Program-made: the position numbers and the translations under genes
Notes under the pieces: model-generated
What the model was told of the DNA's origin: nothing
Databases searched by the model: none
What the model saw: the letters and a program-made list of their open reading frames with translations, nothing else
Source of the DNA: Candidatus Eiseniibacteriota bacterium
GTDB lineage: Bacteria > Eisenbacteria > RBG-16-71-46 > DASYSL01
NCBI GenBank assembly: GCA_046598045.1
Contig: JBKJJJ010000152.1
Location: forward strand, 1 to 10,758
Reading direction: 5' to 3'
Length of the DNA stretch: 10,758 nucleotides
Shown: positions 8,830 through 10,758 of the stretch, piece after piece
How the letters are laid out: the number at the start of each line of letters is the position of its first letter
How positions within the stretch are numbered: the stretch's first letter is position 1

Positions 8830-9849
8830 GTGAGCCCTCTCGCCACCCGCGATCCTCTTGTCGCCGACACGCCCGTAAGCCAGGCCCCGCCCGGGCCGGC
8901 GCGGCGCGACCTGCTCGATCTCGAGACGCTGCCCACGCCCGAGCTCATGCGCCTGCTCGCGGGCGCGGCCGCGTTTCGGCGCGTGCTGGCCACGCCGTCG
9001 CGCAAGCAGCCGGTGCTCGAGGGCACGGCGGTCGCGAACGTGTTCTTCGAGCCCTCGACCCGCACCCGCGTGTCGTTCGAGTGGGCGGCGAAGCGCGTCG
9101 GCGCGGACAGCGTGTCGTTCGTCTCGGCCGGGTCGTCGGTCGGCAAGGGCGAGTCGCTGCTCGACACGGTGTGGACACTCGAGTCCATGGGGATCGACCT
9201 CGTCGTCGTGCGCCACCAGTCCGCGGGCGTACCTCTCTTCCTCGCGCGCCACCTCTCCGCGCGCGTGATCAACGCCGGCGACGGAGCGCACGAGCACCCG
9301 ACGCAGGGCCTGCTCGATGCGCGCACGCTGCTCGACCACTGGGACTCGCTCGCCGGCAAGCGCATCACGATCGTGGGCGACGTGGCGCACAGCCGGGTCG
9401 CGCGTTCGGCGATGTGGGCGTTCACGAAGCTCGGTGCGCACGTCACGCTGTGCGGCCCGACCGCGCTGCTGCCGGCCGACGCCTCGGCACTCGGCGATCG
9501 CAGCGCGGGCGGCTCGGTGCGCGCGACCGCCGCGCTCGCCGACGCGGTCGAGGGCGCAGACGCGGTGATGGCGCTGAGGCTCCAGGTCGAGCGCATCGCG
9601 CAATCGAACCTGCCCTCGGTCGCCGACTACTCGCGGCGCTACCGCCTCACGCGCAAGCGGCTCGCGGGCGCGAAGCCCGATGTCCTCGTCATGCACCCCG
9701 GCCCGATGAACCGCGGCGTCGAGATCGCCTCGCACGTGGCCGACAGCCCGAAGTCCCTGATCAGAGAGCAGGTCACGAACGGCGTCGCCGTGCGCATGGC
9801 CGCTTTGTGCTGGTGCCGCGGGCTCGACCCGGTGGAGGCCGCGTCGTGA
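8830..9849 (+). CDS. pyrB: Aspartate carbamoyltransferase catalytic subunit
   Basis: Motifs: FFEPSTRTRVSFE, SSVGKGESL, INAGDGAHEHPTQGLLD, GDVAHSRVARS, LRLQVER and MHPGPMNRGVEI. The GTG start is 1 nt after the pyrR stop, with GGAGG at 8819-8823. Confidence 0.96.
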   Translation: MSPLATRDPLVADTPVSQAPPGPARRDLLDLETLPTPELMRLLAGAAAFRRVLATPSRKQPVLEGTAVANVFFEPSTRTRVSFEWAAKRVGADSVSFVSAGSSVGKGESLLDTVWTLESMGIDLVVVRHQSAGVPLFLARHLSARVINAGDGAHEHPTQGLLDARTLLDHWDSLAGKRITIVGDVAHSRVARSAMWAFTKLGAHVTLCGPTALLPADASALGDRSAGGSVRATAALADAVEGADAVMALRLQVERIAQSNLPSVADYSRRYRLTRKRLAGAKPDVLVMHPGPMNRGVEIASHVADSPKSLIREQVTNGVAVRMAALCWCRGLDPVEAAS

Positions 9850-10757
9850 GCCGCGCCTGGCTGTTCGTCAACGCGCGCCTCGCCGACCCCGCGGCCGGGA
9901 CGGTGCGCGACGAGGACCTGCTGGTGGTCGACGGCGTCACCACCGCGCGCGGTTCCGCGGCGCGCACGCATGCCGGCGCGGCGCGGGCGGAGACCGTCGA
10001 CCTCGCGGGCGCGGTGCTCGCGCCCGGCCTGGTCGACGCGCACGTCCACCTGCGCGAGCCCGGCCAGAGTGACAAGGAGACGATCGCGGGCGGCACGGCC
10101 GCGGCCGTGGCGGGCGGCTTCACCGCGGTTGCGTGCATGCCGAACACCTCGCCCGGGCTCGACGAGCCCGCGCGCGTGGCGTGGGTGCTCGCGCGCGCGG
10201 CGCAGGCGGGCCTCGCGCGCGTGCACGTCGTGGCCGCGATCACGCCCGGACTGCTCGGCGAGCGTCTCGCCGACCTCGCGGCGCTCGCCGAGGCGGGGGC
10301 GGTCGCGTTCTCGGACGACGGGCGGCCGGTCATGCACGCGGGCCTGATGCGCCACGCGCTCGAATACGCGCGCGATCTGTCGCTCCCCGTGATCACGCAC
10401 GCCGAGGACCTCGCGCTGCGCGGCGACGGCGTGATGCACGAGGGCGCGGTCTCGGCGCGGCTCGGGCTGCCCGGGATCCCCGCGGCGTGCGAGGTCGTCG
10501 CGGTGGCGCGGGACCTCGAGCTGGCGGCGCTCACCGGCGCGCGGCTGCACGTGGCGCACATGAGCGCGGCGGGTTCGGTGCTGGCGTTGCGGGCGACGAA
10601 GGCGCGCGGCGTGCGGGCCACCGGCGAGACCGCTCCGCACTACATCGCCCTGACCGATGAAGCGGTCGGGGACTACGACACGAACGCGAAGATGAATCCG
10701 CCGCTGCGCGGCGCGCTCGACCGCGAGGCCGTGATCGCCGCGCTCGCCGATGGCACG
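9846..10757 (+). CDS. pyrC: Dihydroorotase, type I (3'-truncated by the window end)
   Basis: Not in the ORF track because there is no stop in the window. Manual translation from GTG 9846 (GTGA overlap with pyrB) gives MSRAWLFVNARLADP...PGLVDAHVHLREPG...AAAVAGGFTAVACMPNTSP...AFSDDG...HAED...LHVAHMS...ETAPHY...NAKMNPPLR. Confidence 0.95.
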   Translation, partial: MSRAWLFVNARLADPAAGTVRDEDLLVVDGVTTARGSAARTHAGAARAETVDLAGAVLAPGLVDAHVHLREPGQSDKETIAGGTAAAVAGGFTAVACMPNTSPGLDEPARVAWVLARAAQAGLARVHVVAAITPGLLGERLADLAALAEAGAVAFSDDGRPVMHAGLMRHALEYARDLSLPVITHAEDLALRGDGVMHEGAVSARLGLPGIPAACEVVAVARDLELAALTGARLHVAHMSAAGSVLALRATKARGVRATGETAPHYIALTDEAVGDYDTNAKMNPPLRGALDREAVIAALADGT

Positions 10758-10758
10758 C

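Noticed and set aside
9639..10660. Listed ORFs downstream of pyrB (9639-10640 -, 9773-10621 -, 9970-10347 +, 10133-10660 +)
   Set aside because: All are shadows of the real pyrC frame starting at 9846, which the track omits because it runs off the window.

Overview
High-GC bacterial chromosomal window (roughly 70% GC by eye) that is almost entirely housekeeping genes. A tightly overlapping + strand run covers ybeY (5'-truncated), two tandem CorB/CNNM (hemolysin-family DUF21-CBS-CorC) genes, a DUF502 membrane protein, recO, glyQ and glyS. Next is a convergent - strand pyroglutamyl-peptidase I gene (pcp), then a + strand pyrimidine operon pyrR-pyrB-pyrC (pyrC is 3'-truncated and missing from the supplied ORF track). 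I found no mobile element, CRISPR array, tRNA/rRNA or defence system. The most information-dense part is the ~220-bp pcp/pyrR intergenic region. It holds back-to-back extended -10 promoter candidates (one implying a leaderless pcp mRNA), a variant PyrR-binding stem-loop, an antiterminator/terminator pair, and an unannotated 25-codon leader ORF. That ORF's SD lies in the PyrR stem and its stop overlaps a pyrR start codon. This is the best candidate for undescribed regulation, but it is an inference from manual base-pairing only.
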